Notes: generated from the letters alone by a model not told the origin. 25,366 bases of DNA from a virus (IMGVR_UViG_3300032073_000224:1-25366); one strand, 5' to 3'; positions 9,024-18,619 are shown, numbered from the stretch's first letter. Numbers and translations are program-made.

Positions 9024-9368
9024 ATGCAACGCCAAACAGCAATCAACAAAAAAGCCGCGATATTCACAGAGCATGTGAATGGCGGGACAGGCCCAGCCGT
9101 CTTTACAAAAGACGCTGACCCAGATGAGTTTTGGTGCGTCGGTCGCGTGGACTGGTCGTACAGCGGTGTTCCTTCTGGGGGCAGGCTGACTGTTGCTTAT
9201 GCAGGAACAGCACTGTTGGAAATTGACATTGTGTATGCAGGGTGCGGTCACATTGACTTTACGTTTCCCGACTACCTGCACAACAACTTTGCAAAAAACG
9301 AAGCACTTACGGTCACGCTGGCTGACGGTGGAAGCACAACGCAAAAGATCACTGTCCGATACTGCTGA
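9024..9368 (+). CDS. Hypothetical beta-rich virion protein
   Basis: 114-aa ORF with GAGG upstream, inside the structural operon. Confidence 0.65.
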   Translation: MQRQTAINKKAAIFTEHVNGGTGPAVFTKDADPDEFWCVGRVDWSYSGVPSGGRLTVAYAGTALLEIDIVYAGCGHIDFTFPDYLHNNFAKNEALTVTLADGGSTTQKITVRYC

Positions 9369-9377
9369 GAGTGAGCT

Positions 9378-10046
9378 ATGTCGCTAACGGTCGATTACAA
9401 CGAAATTCAAAGGTCCGTAGCAAGACGGCTTGGCTACCCCATTGCCTCTGCAAACCGCAGCACTGACGAGCAAGACTCGATCAATGATGCGATACGGACT
9501 GGCTTGCGTTGGTTTTACTTTCCAACTGGCGAGATGACGCACGAATGGAGTTTCTTGGTGAAGCTCTATCAAGAAACTCTCGTTTCAGGCCAGAACTGGT
9601 ACTTATTGCCTGACGACTTTGAGCGAGTAGCTTCGTCAGTGGACTCGTCGTTGACCGACCATCCTTTGACTGCAACGACCGAGGACAGCATAAGGCTAAG
9701 GATCGCAGGCGAGGGATTGTCTGGTGGACCGGAGTATTGTGCGGTCAGGAACAGGCAGGTCGAGGGAGACACAAGGTATGAATTTGGCGTTTACCCTACG
9801 CCAGATTCAGCAGGCACTCTTTCGTTTTGGTACTTGTTCTCGCCAAGCATTATCTCGGAGTCAAATCCTGAGCCTTTGGGTGGTGCTGTTCACGCTGACA
9901 CGATCATGCTTGGTTGCTTGGCTGCGGCAGAAGCTCAGATGAATCCTGAGATGCTGGCAGGCGAGGGTGGCGTTCACTATCAACTGTTCAATGAAAAACT
10001 GGCTGCGGCTGTAATGTCAGATCGCATACAGCGGGGAGTGCAGTAA
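9378..10046 (+). CDS. Head-tail adaptor / tail tubular protein A-like ring protein (copy 1)
   Basis: Helical N-terminus, then H-E-W-S-F-L, Y-x-L-P-D-D-F, G-x-P-x-Y and Y-P-T-P-D motifs of T7 gp11-like / crAss ring-like adaptors. C-terminal PLGGAVHA..I..CL helices. Confidence 0.7.
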   Translation: MSLTVDYNEIQRSVARRLGYPIASANRSTDEQDSINDAIRTGLRWFYFPTGEMTHEWSFLVKLYQETLVSGQNWYLLPDDFERVASSVDSSLTDHPLTATTEDSIRLRIAGEGLSGGPEYCAVRNRQVEGDTRYEFGVYPTPDSAGTLSFWYLFSPSIISESNPEPLGGAVHADTIMLGCLAAAEAQMNPEMLAGEGGVHYQLFNEKLAAAVMSDRIQRGVQ

Positions 10047-11323
10047 TGGTTTGGCCGATTGCGGAAGCGGAATACGGAAATTACCACTGGCTTCGGAAGG
10101 AAGTGGCAGCAGCAATGCCCGACTATCCGAAGGATGCTGCTTTACTGGATCACACTCAGCGGTCGATCATTGACTCGATCATTGAAGGTGGGCTGTATCG
10201 GTTTTACTTCCCACCCCCAGGCGAATTTACGATACCCGACGCAACGGAGGCTCAAAAGGAGCGTTTGCGTCGTGCGCCGCATAGCTGGTCGTTTCTCCAA
10301 CTGTTGACTGAGATAACAACGGTTGCTACTCAATCGGAGTACGACCTTCCGACCGACTTTGGAAATTTCATTGGCGAACCAACGACTGCACGAACTGACA
10401 GCAATCGCCTCGCCATAGCTCAGGAGTCGCACCTAAGACAGCTTATTGCATCAGAAGGTCGCACTGACAATCCGCAATACGTTGCCAAGAAGATCATCAG
10501 CGGTGAAGGTACAGCAAAGAGCCGCTGCTCTCTTTTGCTTTACCCAGTACCGACGACTGCCGAGGTAATCACCCTGCAATACTCGGTAGTGCCTGCACGA
10601 CTGAGCAATGAAAGCCCTTGGCCTTTGGGCGGCATTGAACACGCACAGACGATACTTGCCTGCTGCCTTGCGGTAATGGAAGAACGCAATGGCGGCGAGG
10701 GGCAGGTCTACAAAGCAAAGATGATGGAAACCATCGCTTCGTCAGTGATGCTTGACATTGAGTCAGCATCCAGTACGACCGAGGGCATCTGGCCTGACGA
10801 CACTGATCCGTCGTTGCTTACGAGCAGGGGGCAGATACTCAAGCGAATTGGTGTCCACGTTGGGGCTGGTCCGAACAGCAAGGTTTGGACGGCATCTCAG
10901 GCTGCGAAGATCAAAGAGATTTTTAAGGAAGGGATGCGTCTCGCCTGCAATCCGCCGCCTATTCCCGACATGCGTTACCCACATCAATGGGGCTGGCTTA
11001 CGCCACTGGCATCAATCACTACGGTTGCAAATACGTCAACATACGACCTTCCCGCCGACTACGCATATATCGAGGGACCGCTGACGCTACAGCCAAGTGA
11101 TTACATGCTGTACCCGCCGATCCAGATTCAAGGCGAGTTTCAGGTGCGGAACTTGTTGCAGGAAAGTCAGGCGACAGGGCGACCGACGACAGCGGCAGTT
11201 CGCGTGAAAGCACCGCTTGATGACAACGATCCTACACGGTACGAGCTTGTAGTTTGGCCTTTGCCTGACGGTGTTTACACGCTTGATTATCGCTACCGAA
11301 TCAATCCCGATGTTCTGTCATAA
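10046..11323 (+). CDS. Tandem two-domain adaptor/ring protein (copies 2 and 3; copy 3 lacks its C-terminal helices)
   Basis: Two paralogous units: HSWSFL..YDLPTDF..YPVPT..PLGGIEHA, and from about 10811 HQWGWL..YDLPADY..WPLPD..YRINPDVLS-stop. Confidence 0.75.
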   Translation: MVWPIAEAEYGNYHWLRKEVAAAMPDYPKDAALLDHTQRSIIDSIIEGGLYRFYFPPPGEFTIPDATEAQKERLRRAPHSWSFLQLLTEITTVATQSEYDLPTDFGNFIGEPTTARTDSNRLAIAQESHLRQLIASEGRTDNPQYVAKKIISGEGTAKSRCSLLLYPVPTTAEVITLQYSVVPARLSNESPWPLGGIEHAQTILACCLAVMEERNGGEGQVYKAKMMETIASSVMLDIESASSTTEGIWPDDTDPSLLTSRGQILKRIGVHVGAGPNSKVWTASQAAKIKEIFKEGMRLACNPPPIPDMRYPHQWGWLTPLASITTVANTSTYDLPADYAYIEGPLTLQPSDYMLYPPIQIQGEFQVRNLLQESQATGRPTTAAVRVKAPLDDNDPTRYELVVWPLPDGVYTLDYRYRINPDVLS

Positions 11324-11338
11324 GCACAAGGTAGAGAA

Positions 11339-11950
11339 ATGACAATCACATACGAACGTGACGTAAAGGAATTGGCCGACCAAGGGTTGACTGACGACCA
11401 AATCGCGCAGCACTTGTCAGCAAAGACAGCAACGGCAATCCCTTGCGGTGACGCACGAACGCTTCTTTTAGAAACCCAGGCGATTGTCATTGATCCGGTC
11501 ACTGGTCAGAGGACTGGTCCGATCATCGACTATTACTTGACTCTTGACGGTGAATCAAAGCACTTGGTCGGATGGTTTATTTCGCATGTCCTTGGGAGTG
11601 GTGAGTCTGTTTCCACAGACGAATACCCTCGGTCGGTTCAATTTGACGGAGTAATCTCTTTGCTGCCTGTTGAGTTGCAGTCAGTTGGCGAAGCTCTTGT
11701 CCAACTGGGAAGCGGCAAGCCACATGCCGGAACAACGATTGACGACGTTACGCAAGCTCGCGATGTCTATGATGCAGAAGTTGCACAGCAAGAGGCAGAC
11801 GAAGCTGATGCTGCTGCAACTGTTTTGCAGCAAGTGAAGTTCAACGACAAGATCGCTCAGTTCATTGGCCCTTTGATTTCTTCAAACGACAGTGACGACA
11901 ACAACTGGATCAACGCAATTCAGAACATTGCTACTACATGGAGTGAGTGA
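11339..11950 (+). CDS. Hypothetical acidic helical protein (possible fibre assembly/adapter factor)
   Basis: 203-aa ORF whose stop overlaps the start of the LamG fibre gene. Function is a positional guess. Confidence 0.6.
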   Translation: MTITYERDVKELADQGLTDDQIAQHLSAKTATAIPCGDARTLLLETQAIVIDPVTGQRTGPIIDYYLTLDGESKHLVGWFISHVLGSGESVSTDEYPRSVQFDGVISLLPVELQSVGEALVQLGSGKPHAGTTIDDVTQARDVYDAEVAQQEADEADAAATVLQQVKFNDKIAQFIGPLISSNDSDDNNWINAIQNIATTWSE

Positions 11951-14900
11951 TGCCGCTCGGTGTAAATTTTCGGCTGACTACTGGATACGCCACTGATCCA
12001 GTAGGTTTTGTTGTGCAGACGGACAATGCACTGTACTCTCCGTCGCGTGGGTACGGGTACATAGTCAACGCTGGTGTAGGCACTGCAAACAGGAGCAATA
12101 CCGTACCCGACCAGCTTCGCGGGGTTCAAACCGTTTCGTCGCATGGATCGTCGTTTCGGATGGATTTGCCCAATGGTGCAGGAAAATACAGAGTAAAGGC
12201 AGCGTTCAGCGATACAACTTACGGGCAGGTGCTTGGTTGGCGGTTTTTTGACGGTGACAGTGGTGTTGAAATAGCTGCTGCGAAAAATGGTGGTACAAGC
12301 ACTTCGTATTACCAAACCATTCTTGGAAACTCACCTGCCCATTCTGACTTTGATGCAACCAAAGAAGATTACATTGAGCATGAGTTTGTCTCAGATCACA
12401 TATTAGTGTTCAGAGACACATATATGCAGAGCGGCAACTCCATGATTAGCTCTCTTTGGGTTGAGCCTGTAACTGCCGGTCTTGGGGATGAGAAGTTGTG
12501 GTTATGTCCTAGTATCAACGACAGTGCCAATGACATCAGCGGTAATGAGAACCACGGAACCTACAACGGTGGCATGGGAACTGTCACCTCTGACGGCAAA
12601 CTTGCTTATGACTTTGATGGGACTGACGACTTTATTGACTGTGGCTCATCAACCGGCATAGGCCAATCCAGCACGTTCTCCGTGTCGGCTTGGTTCAGTG
12701 CTGACGCATTTTCGTCCAGTGCTGGTCTTGTCACGGCATACGGAAACGTATCTCCCTACAGCAACCAAAGGGGTTGGATGATACGGATGCCGTCAAGTCC
12801 GACCTTCTTAACCAATGCAGCAAAGAGCAGTTCTAGTTTTAATAGCACGATCACATCGTCGCAGTCGCTCTCCACTAACACATGGCATCACATCGTCGCG
12901 ACATACGATGTATCGACAGGCGCGATGGAGATGTTCATCGACGGCGTGTCTGTGGCTACTGGCTCATCTGCGGGAACCATCTCGTCACCCACTGTTCCTT
13001 TCCGCATCGGAAAGTACGACAGCAACGAGTTCAATGGCAAGGCAGATGACGTTAGAGCATACAACCGTGTCCTAACCCAAGAAGAAATAACCCACTTGGC
13101 AAGCAGTCGAGGGATTCAAGGTTCACCATTTGGAAAAGGTCTTGGCGGCGAAAGCCTTTGGATTTGCCCAACGATCACAAATACAAAAGAGGATATATCT
13201 GGTCACAACATAACAGCCACGCTGAATGGAGGAATGTCGATAGTCAGCGACACCAACAACGGTGGGTCTAAATGCTTTGAATTTGACGGGTCCAATGACT
13301 ATATCAGCACCGACATGCAAGGCGAAGCATCGTTTTTCTCCAAGACGGGCAAATGGTCAGTTGCGGCATGGGTCAAGTTTGATGACGGTTCCAGCACCGC
13401 ATCTCATGGGATTATAGGTACGAGCGTTGGGAGCAGCGGGTACGGATTTAACTTGTGGATGAGCAGTCTAGCAGAGGGTTTGCGTGGCGATGTAGCTGAC
13501 GGATCGTACCTGTGCTACCCGAGCGAAGGATCGGCTTGGCCCGACTCTGGCTGGCATCACGTTGCGTTCGTGTCCGATGGAACGACAGCTACTCTATATC
13601 GCGATGGTGCGTCAGTGGCTACACAGGCTCTTGCATCTCTTAACACCGCGTGGGTCCAGCCAGTGTCGTATCCAGTTCTGTTTGGTGCTTACACCAGTGG
13701 TGGAAGTCTTGCAGGAGTAATGGATGGACGTATGGATGATATTCGCATCTTCCGTCGCCCGTTGTCACAGGCTGAACTTACCAAACTGGCATCGCAGAGG
13801 GGGGTGTTAGGAAAGGCGAATCCAGATGGTCTTGGAGACGAGGCGTTTTGGTGTTCACCGACTCACACTGGTACAGTCGCAGACATTTCAAACAACGGTC
13901 AAGCGTATCTTGGAGGAAAACAACAGGCAAAGTTTTTAGGCAATGCAGAAATAGTTTCTAGCACTGGCTCTGGCGGCACAGACGCATTTGAATTTGGCGG
14001 CGGCTCGGAGCGAGTGAGGCTTGACCAAAAGATTGGATTTCGGAAAGACAAAAACTACTCTTTGTCTTTTTGGGCAAAGCCAAGTGCGGTATCTGCGCTT
14101 CGCATTTTTGTGGCAAAGATGGAAACGAGCGGGCAGTACACAGGATGGAACATACAGCACAGCTCGGGTGGTAGTGTCGTTTTTGAAGCGTTGCGTAATG
14201 GTACAACTAGCGCAAGAGTTAGAGCCGAGACGCCTAGTGGTGTCGTTTCTAATAACACATGGGCGCACATTGCAGTTACATGGGACGGGTATGACTCGAC
14301 GACTTTCCAGATATTCGTTGACGGTGTGAAGCAGACGCTCACGCATACCTACAATAACTGGGGTACAAACCAAAATATGTACACCCACGAAGAATTTGTC
14401 ATCGGTGGTCGTGGCGGTCACTCGGCGTATGCGTATCTTGGGCAGGTTGATGATATTCGTGGCTACGCAAGGGTTTTAGACGAAGCAGAAATCGCACATC
14501 TCTCTACCTCGCGATCCGTTACCGGCAAACCTCCGAAGCAAACGCAAGTTATTAACGAAGCTGTCGCCTACGTTCCAATGCAGGAGCAAGGAACGACGTT
14601 TTACTGCCAAAAGACAAACATTGCAGGAACGCTGTCAGACACAAATTCCACGGGCAGGCACGTTGCTGGTCCGACCGAATTTTTGAGCAATGCGGTCAAG
14701 TTTGACGCAAGCAGACAGCGAAGGATTGCTTTTGCCAGCGTACCCTCCGGTCTTGCCGGAATGACTAAGTACACGGTGTCGGCTTGGGTAAAGGCTCAGA
14801 TTTCTTCCACGACAAACCGATGTGTTGTTTCCTTTGAAGGAACTGCGTCCTCTCGTAGTTACCGCTTAGACACTCATGTATCTGCAAGCACCCTAAAAGG

Positions 14901-17586
14901 ACCGTCGTTTTTCCATGCGAACAGTCAAATCCTAAACCGAAACAAACTTGACAACACAAATCAGTGGACGCACGTTACTGTCACGGTTGATACTACTACA
15001 GGAACACGCCAGTCATACATAGACGGGCAGCTTGACGTTGAGTCAGCAGGGTCGCCATACGCTGCTGTTCACGCGACGTTGAACTACTTTGCGATTGGTG
15101 CGACGACCCACGGAGGGGTAGGAAACTACCACGACGCTGCAATAGCTGGCGTCGGAATCTGGGACAAGATTCTGTCACCCACGGAAATTAACTCACTGTA
15201 CTCCGGCTACGGTCGCAAGCTGAAAGGCTTGCGTGATGAGAAGTTGTGGATCGTTCCAAGCAGGACCGGCGACCGATCCAATGTCATGTACCCTGCTCAT
15301 GCTGACACTGAACTGAACGGATCGCTTTCAATCATCGACGACGTTGACGAAGGCGGCACAAAAGCGATTCAGTTCAACGACCAATCCAGCACCAGCAATT
15401 ACCTTGAGTGGGACGACAATACCGACTCTGATCCAGTGACAGTTGCGTTCTGGGTCAAAGCTCCTGCCTATAGCACATACGACATGACGGCGTTAATCGG
15501 AAAGTCTGGTAGCGGCAGCTTGCGTGCGTTGCTTGACACAAGTGGTTATGGAATGGGAGGTACGCTGAGTTTCTCTGGTGACTCTAATCCATACGCAGGA
15601 ACGGCGTGGTTCAACACTAATTTTGGAAGTGCAACGTGGCATCACGTTGCTATGGTTCGTGATTACCAAAGCAGCACAAAGTTCTATGTGGACGGAACGC
15701 TGGTTCACACCGGAAGCGCAGACGACACTACTGCTGGCGACTGGGATGCAGCAGAGTATTTCATTGGGATTGATAAGTCCACGAACTATTCAGACAACAA
15801 CCTTTACGCAGACATTGATGATCTTCGTGTAATTGACGGTGCTGCAACTTCCGATGAGATAGCTCACATTGCTCAGTTTCGCGGCATACTTGGTGGTCCG
15901 TACATCGAGTGCGATGCTGGTGAGTTTAATGTCACGGGAAACAATGTAAATCTTCGTATTCCGGTCAGAATGTCTGCTAGTGCAGCTACGTTCACGCTGA
16001 CTGGTCAAGTCGCACACGGGAACTGGATTCCAGCGGGTCTTGGGACTGAATTGATGTGGGTTTGCCCGACCTACACAGGCGACCGAAGCAACCTTGCACC
16101 AAGTCAAAATGCGACGAGTAATGGCGGAACGCTGTCAGTAATCAACGACACCACTAACCAAGGATTGCGAGCGTTTGATTGCACTGTTACCAATAATGCG
16201 AACAACTATTGGAGGTTTAACTACGGTTCCAGCAGGCCAGGTACGCTCACCTTTTGGATGAAAAAATCCAGCACCGGAAACTGGTGGCAAACGATGGCAA
16301 GGCGAGTCACCAGCGGAAATGCGGTACAAATACAGGTTCGTTCATCGACAAATTCAAACACAAACTTTGATTATTTCTACTATTGGAACGACAATCAAGG
16401 TTCTAACCAGACTACGACATTGAATGGCACATGGCATCATGTCGTCATGGAGCGGGACAGGGGAGGGCTAAATCGCTTTTTTGTTGACGGTGTAGCGTAT
16501 GGCAGTTACACAGGTGGAGCAGGTAGTGCGTCAGATGAGTTTGCTGGGACTATGCAGTTCATTGCGTCGTCCTCAAGCAGTCATACCTCCGGTGCTTACA
16601 ACTTCACGGGCTTGATCGACGACATTCGCCTGTTTGATACTCAGCTAACCAGTGCTGAGATTGCCCACCTTGCATCGCGTCGTGGCGTTCAGGGTCCAGC
16701 AAGTACCTCAGCGTCAATGTCAGCAGACGTTGTGACGTTTACCCTTGCGGGTCAGGCAGTGGCTTTCCGCCAAGGAATAAAACTATCGGCTGGTATCAGT
16801 GCGTTCTCTTTGTCTGTCGCAAGCGCAGACCTAGACATTGAGCTTAACGGATCGGCTCAGTCTTACTTGCTTTCGTCGCAAGGCACTGATCTTGACATTG
16901 AGCTTAATACGACAGCAGGCAGCTTCACGCTAACGGCAGCGACCCAAGTTCTTGACGTTGAATTAAACACGGCAGTCGGGGCGTTTTCTCTTTCAGGAAC
17001 CGCAGCAGAGCTTTCCGTTGCTCAATCAATTCCTGCATCTGCTGGCTCTTTCGTTTTAACAGGAGTGCCAACGGACGATCTTGCGATTGAGCTAAACACA
17101 AGTGTCGGGACATTTGCGGCTACAGGGACCGCAGCAGAGCTTTCTGTCTCTAAGGCAATGCCTGCATCTGCTGGCTCTTTCGCTCTGACTGGAACCGAGA
17201 CAGACGATCTGGCGATTGAGCTAAACGCAGATGTTGAGTCATTTGCGCTTACAGGGGTTTCTGCAAACTTGCAGACCAGCAACGCCAAGCAACTTGGTGC
17301 TGATGCAGCGGCGTTTGCTGTTACTCCACAGAATACAACAAGATTCTTGGTTGAGTTTAACCAAACAGTAGGGTCGTTGGCAGTTTCGGGCGTGAACGCC
17401 CCGCTTGATATAGCAACAGTCGCGTCTGCCGTCAGTTTTTCCGTCGCAAGCCAGTCAGCATTTCTTGGGCTGACTTTTCAACTTACGGTTGGTACTTTTC
17501 AGGTTACAGGAACCTCGCTGCCGCCCATCCCAGGCACTCAGCGACCAAACCCATACTACTACCGTTTCTTGATGCAGGACGAATAA
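11947..17586 (+). CDS. Giant multi-LamG (ConA-like) tail fibre / adhesin
   Basis: N-terminal galactose-binding-like sandwich (YSPSRGYGY...FRMDLPNG.GKYRV); six LamG-like domains with FDG, S.SAW.K, W.H.., .F.DG and DD.R.. motifs; C-terminal ~20-aa beta-repeat stalk. Confidence 0.85.
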   Translation: MMPLGVNFRLTTGYATDPVGFVVQTDNALYSPSRGYGYIVNAGVGTANRSNTVPDQLRGVQTVSSHGSSFRMDLPNGAGKYRVKAAFSDTTYGQVLGWRFFDGDSGVEIAAAKNGGTSTSYYQTILGNSPAHSDFDATKEDYIEHEFVSDHILVFRDTYMQSGNSMISSLWVEPVTAGLGDEKLWLCPSINDSANDISGNENHGTYNGGMGTVTSDGKLAYDFDGTDDFIDCGSSTGIGQSSTFSVSAWFSADAFSSSAGLVTAYGNVSPYSNQRGWMIRMPSSPTFLTNAAKSSSSFNSTITSSQSLSTNTWHHIVATYDVSTGAMEMFIDGVSVATGSSAGTISSPTVPFRIGKYDSNEFNGKADDVRAYNRVLTQEEITHLASSRGIQGSPFGKGLGGESLWICPTITNTKEDISGHNITATLNGGMSIVSDTNNGGSKCFEFDGSNDYISTDMQGEASFFSKTGKWSVAAWVKFDDGSSTASHGIIGTSVGSSGYGFNLWMSSLAEGLRGDVADGSYLCYPSEGSAWPDSGWHHVAFVSDGTTATLYRDGASVATQALASLNTAWVQPVSYPVLFGAYTSGGSLAGVMDGRMDDIRIFRRPLSQAELTKLASQRGVLGKANPDGLGDEAFWCSPTHTGTVADISNNGQAYLGGKQQAKFLGNAEIVSSTGSGGTDAFEFGGGSERVRLDQKIGFRKDKNYSLSFWAKPSAVSALRIFVAKMETSGQYTGWNIQHSSGGSVVFEALRNGTTSARVRAETPSGVVSNNTWAHIAVTWDGYDSTTFQIFVDGVKQTLTHTYNNWGTNQNMYTHEEFVIGGRGGHSAYAYLGQVDDIRGYARVLDEAEIAHLSTSRSVTGKPPKQTQVINEAVAYVPMQEQGTTFYCQKTNIAGTLSDTNSTGRHVAGPTEFLSNAVKFDASRQRRIAFASVPSGLAGMTKYTVSAWVKAQISSTTNRCVVSFEGTASSRSYRLDTHVSASTLKGPSFFHANSQILNRNKLDNTNQWTHVTVTVDTTTGTRQSYIDGQLDVESAGSPYAAVHATLNYFAIGATTHGGVGNYHDAAIAGVGIWDKILSPTEINSLYSGYGRKLKGLRDEKLWIVPSRTGDRSNVMYPAHADTELNGSLSIIDDVDEGGTKAIQFNDQSSTSNYLEWDDNTDSDPVTVAFWVKAPAYSTYDMTALIGKSGSGSLRALLDTSGYGMGGTLSFSGDSNPYAGTAWFNTNFGSATWHHVAMVRDYQSSTKFYVDGTLVHTGSADDTTAGDWDAAEYFIGIDKSTNYSDNNLYADIDDLRVIDGAATSDEIAHIAQFRGILGGPYIECDAGEFNVTGNNVNLRIPVRMSASAATFTLTGQVAHGNWIPAGLGTELMWVCPTYTGDRSNLAPSQNATSNGGTLSVINDTTNQGLRAFDCTVTNNANNYWRFNYGSSRPGTLTFWMKKSSTGNWWQTMARRVTSGNAVQIQVRSSTNSNTNFDYFYYWNDNQGSNQTTTLNGTWHHVVMERDRGGLNRFFVDGVAYGSYTGGAGSASDEFAGTMQFIASSSSSHTSGAYNFTGLIDDIRLFDTQLTSAEIAHLASRRGVQGPASTSASMSADVVTFTLAGQAVAFRQGIKLSAGISAFSLSVASADLDIELNGSAQSYLLSSQGTDLDIELNTTAGSFTLTAATQVLDVELNTAVGAFSLSGTAAELSVAQSIPASAGSFVLTGVPTDDLAIELNTSVGTFAATGTAAELSVSKAMPASAGSFALTGTETDDLAIELNADVESFALTGVSANLQTSNAKQLGADAAAFAVTPQNTTRFLVEFNQTVGSLAVSGVNAPLDIATVASAVSFSVASQSAFLGLTFQLTVGTFQVTGTSLPPIPGTQRPNPYYYRFLMQDE
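16996..17226 (+). repeat. 129-nt-period (43-aa) intragenic tandem duplication in the fibre stalk
   Basis: accgcagcagagctttc, cctgcatctgctggctctttcg (17032/17161) and gcgattgagctaaac (17083/17212) each recur exactly 129 nt apart. Confidence 0.9.
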
Positions 17587-18042
17587 ATGGCTGCTTTTAA
17601 CAAGTTTAATTGCTTCGTCGAGGACTTGACGAAAGGCAAGCACACGCTGGACACCACTGCGAGCGGCAATGGCGACACATTAAAAGTCGCGCTGGTTGCC
17701 ACTGCCCCAGTCGCAACAAACACCGTCTACAGTAATTTGGCGGGGGAACTTGGTGCTGCAAACGGCTACTCGGCGGGCGGCGCAACCTGCACAGTAAGTG
17801 CTTCATCGCAGACAAGCGGGACTTACAAGCTGGTCATTGACGGCGACCCTGTTTTTACCGCAAGCGGCGGCGACCTTGGAGGGACCGGCGATGCCTTTCG
17901 GTATGTCGTTCTTTACAACAACACCGACTCAACAAAGCCGCTCATTGGGTACTACGACTACGGCAGCAATGTGACCATTTCTGACGGCAACACGTTTACA
18001 GTGGACTTTGACGCTTCCGCTGGCGTGTTCACTATCGCTTGA
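17587..18042 (+). CDS. Small fibre-associated virion protein
   Basis: DTLKVAL...NGYSAGG...F.ASGG...Y.VLYN.T...LIGY.DYG...G.TFTV.F pattern, which I recognise as a widespread small phage structural protein found next to fibre genes. Confidence 0.65.
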   Translation: MAAFNKFNCFVEDLTKGKHTLDTTASGNGDTLKVALVATAPVATNTVYSNLAGELGAANGYSAGGATCTVSASSQTSGTYKLVIDGDPVFTASGGDLGGTGDAFRYVVLYNNTDSTKPLIGYYDYGSNVTISDGNTFTVDFDASAGVFTIA

Positions 18043-18070
18043 TCCAGATAATCGCCAAATCGTCGAGTAA

Positions 18071-18619
18071 ATGTTCAAGAATACCGCAGGCCAGTCGTAT
18101 CGCGTATTTGCCTTCAACCGGACCACAAGTGAGCCGGTGACTGGCATCGCCGCTACGATTACGGCAAAGCTGTCCAAGGACTACGGAAGTCTTGCTGCCT
18201 CGTCGGACGTAAATCCAACCGAGACAGAGGATGGCTACTACCTGTTTGCGTTAAGCCAATCGGAAACCAACTGCGACGACTTGGCTATCTATCCTGAAAG
18301 CGCAAACAACGGCGTTTCCGTTATTGGTTGTCCAGCGAATCTTCACCCAAGAGTGGACAATGATCGCGGATTCTTAGTGAACCTGACTATCAAACTAGCA
18401 AATAATGCCATCGTGCCTTATTGCGAAGTGATTGTCACGACAAGCAACACCAATGACACTACTGACGTTTTCAGAAAAGCTAATTGCGACGAGTTGGCGA
18501 AGGTAGATATTCACCTCCCAGCGGGTACTTATTACCTCTGGCGTCGTAAGGCGAATGTTACTTTCAGCGATCCAAAAACGCTTACCGTCTCTGCGACGGG
18601 CGCAACAACCATCTCATAG
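18071..18619 (+). CDS. Two-domain Ig/prealbumin-like virion protein (possible fibre docking)
   Basis: N-terminal P.TG....A..SKD.G.....E...GYY.F.L...ET sandwich and C-terminal L.AGTYYLWR carboxypeptidase-regulatory-like strand pattern. Confidence 0.55.
   Translation: MFKNTAGQSYRVFAFNRTTSEPVTGIAATITAKLSKDYGSLAASSDVNPTETEDGYYLFALSQSETNCDDLAIYPESANNGVSVIGCPANLHPRVDNDRGFLVNLTIKLANNAIVPYCEVIVTTSNTNDTTDVFRKANCDELAKVDIHLPAGTYYLWRRKANVTFSDPKTLTVSATGATTIS

Noticed and set aside
16996-17226. Diversity-generating retroelement TR/VR pair
   Set aside because: The copies are adjacent, in frame within one gene, and mismatches are not adenine-specific; no reverse transcriptase in the window.
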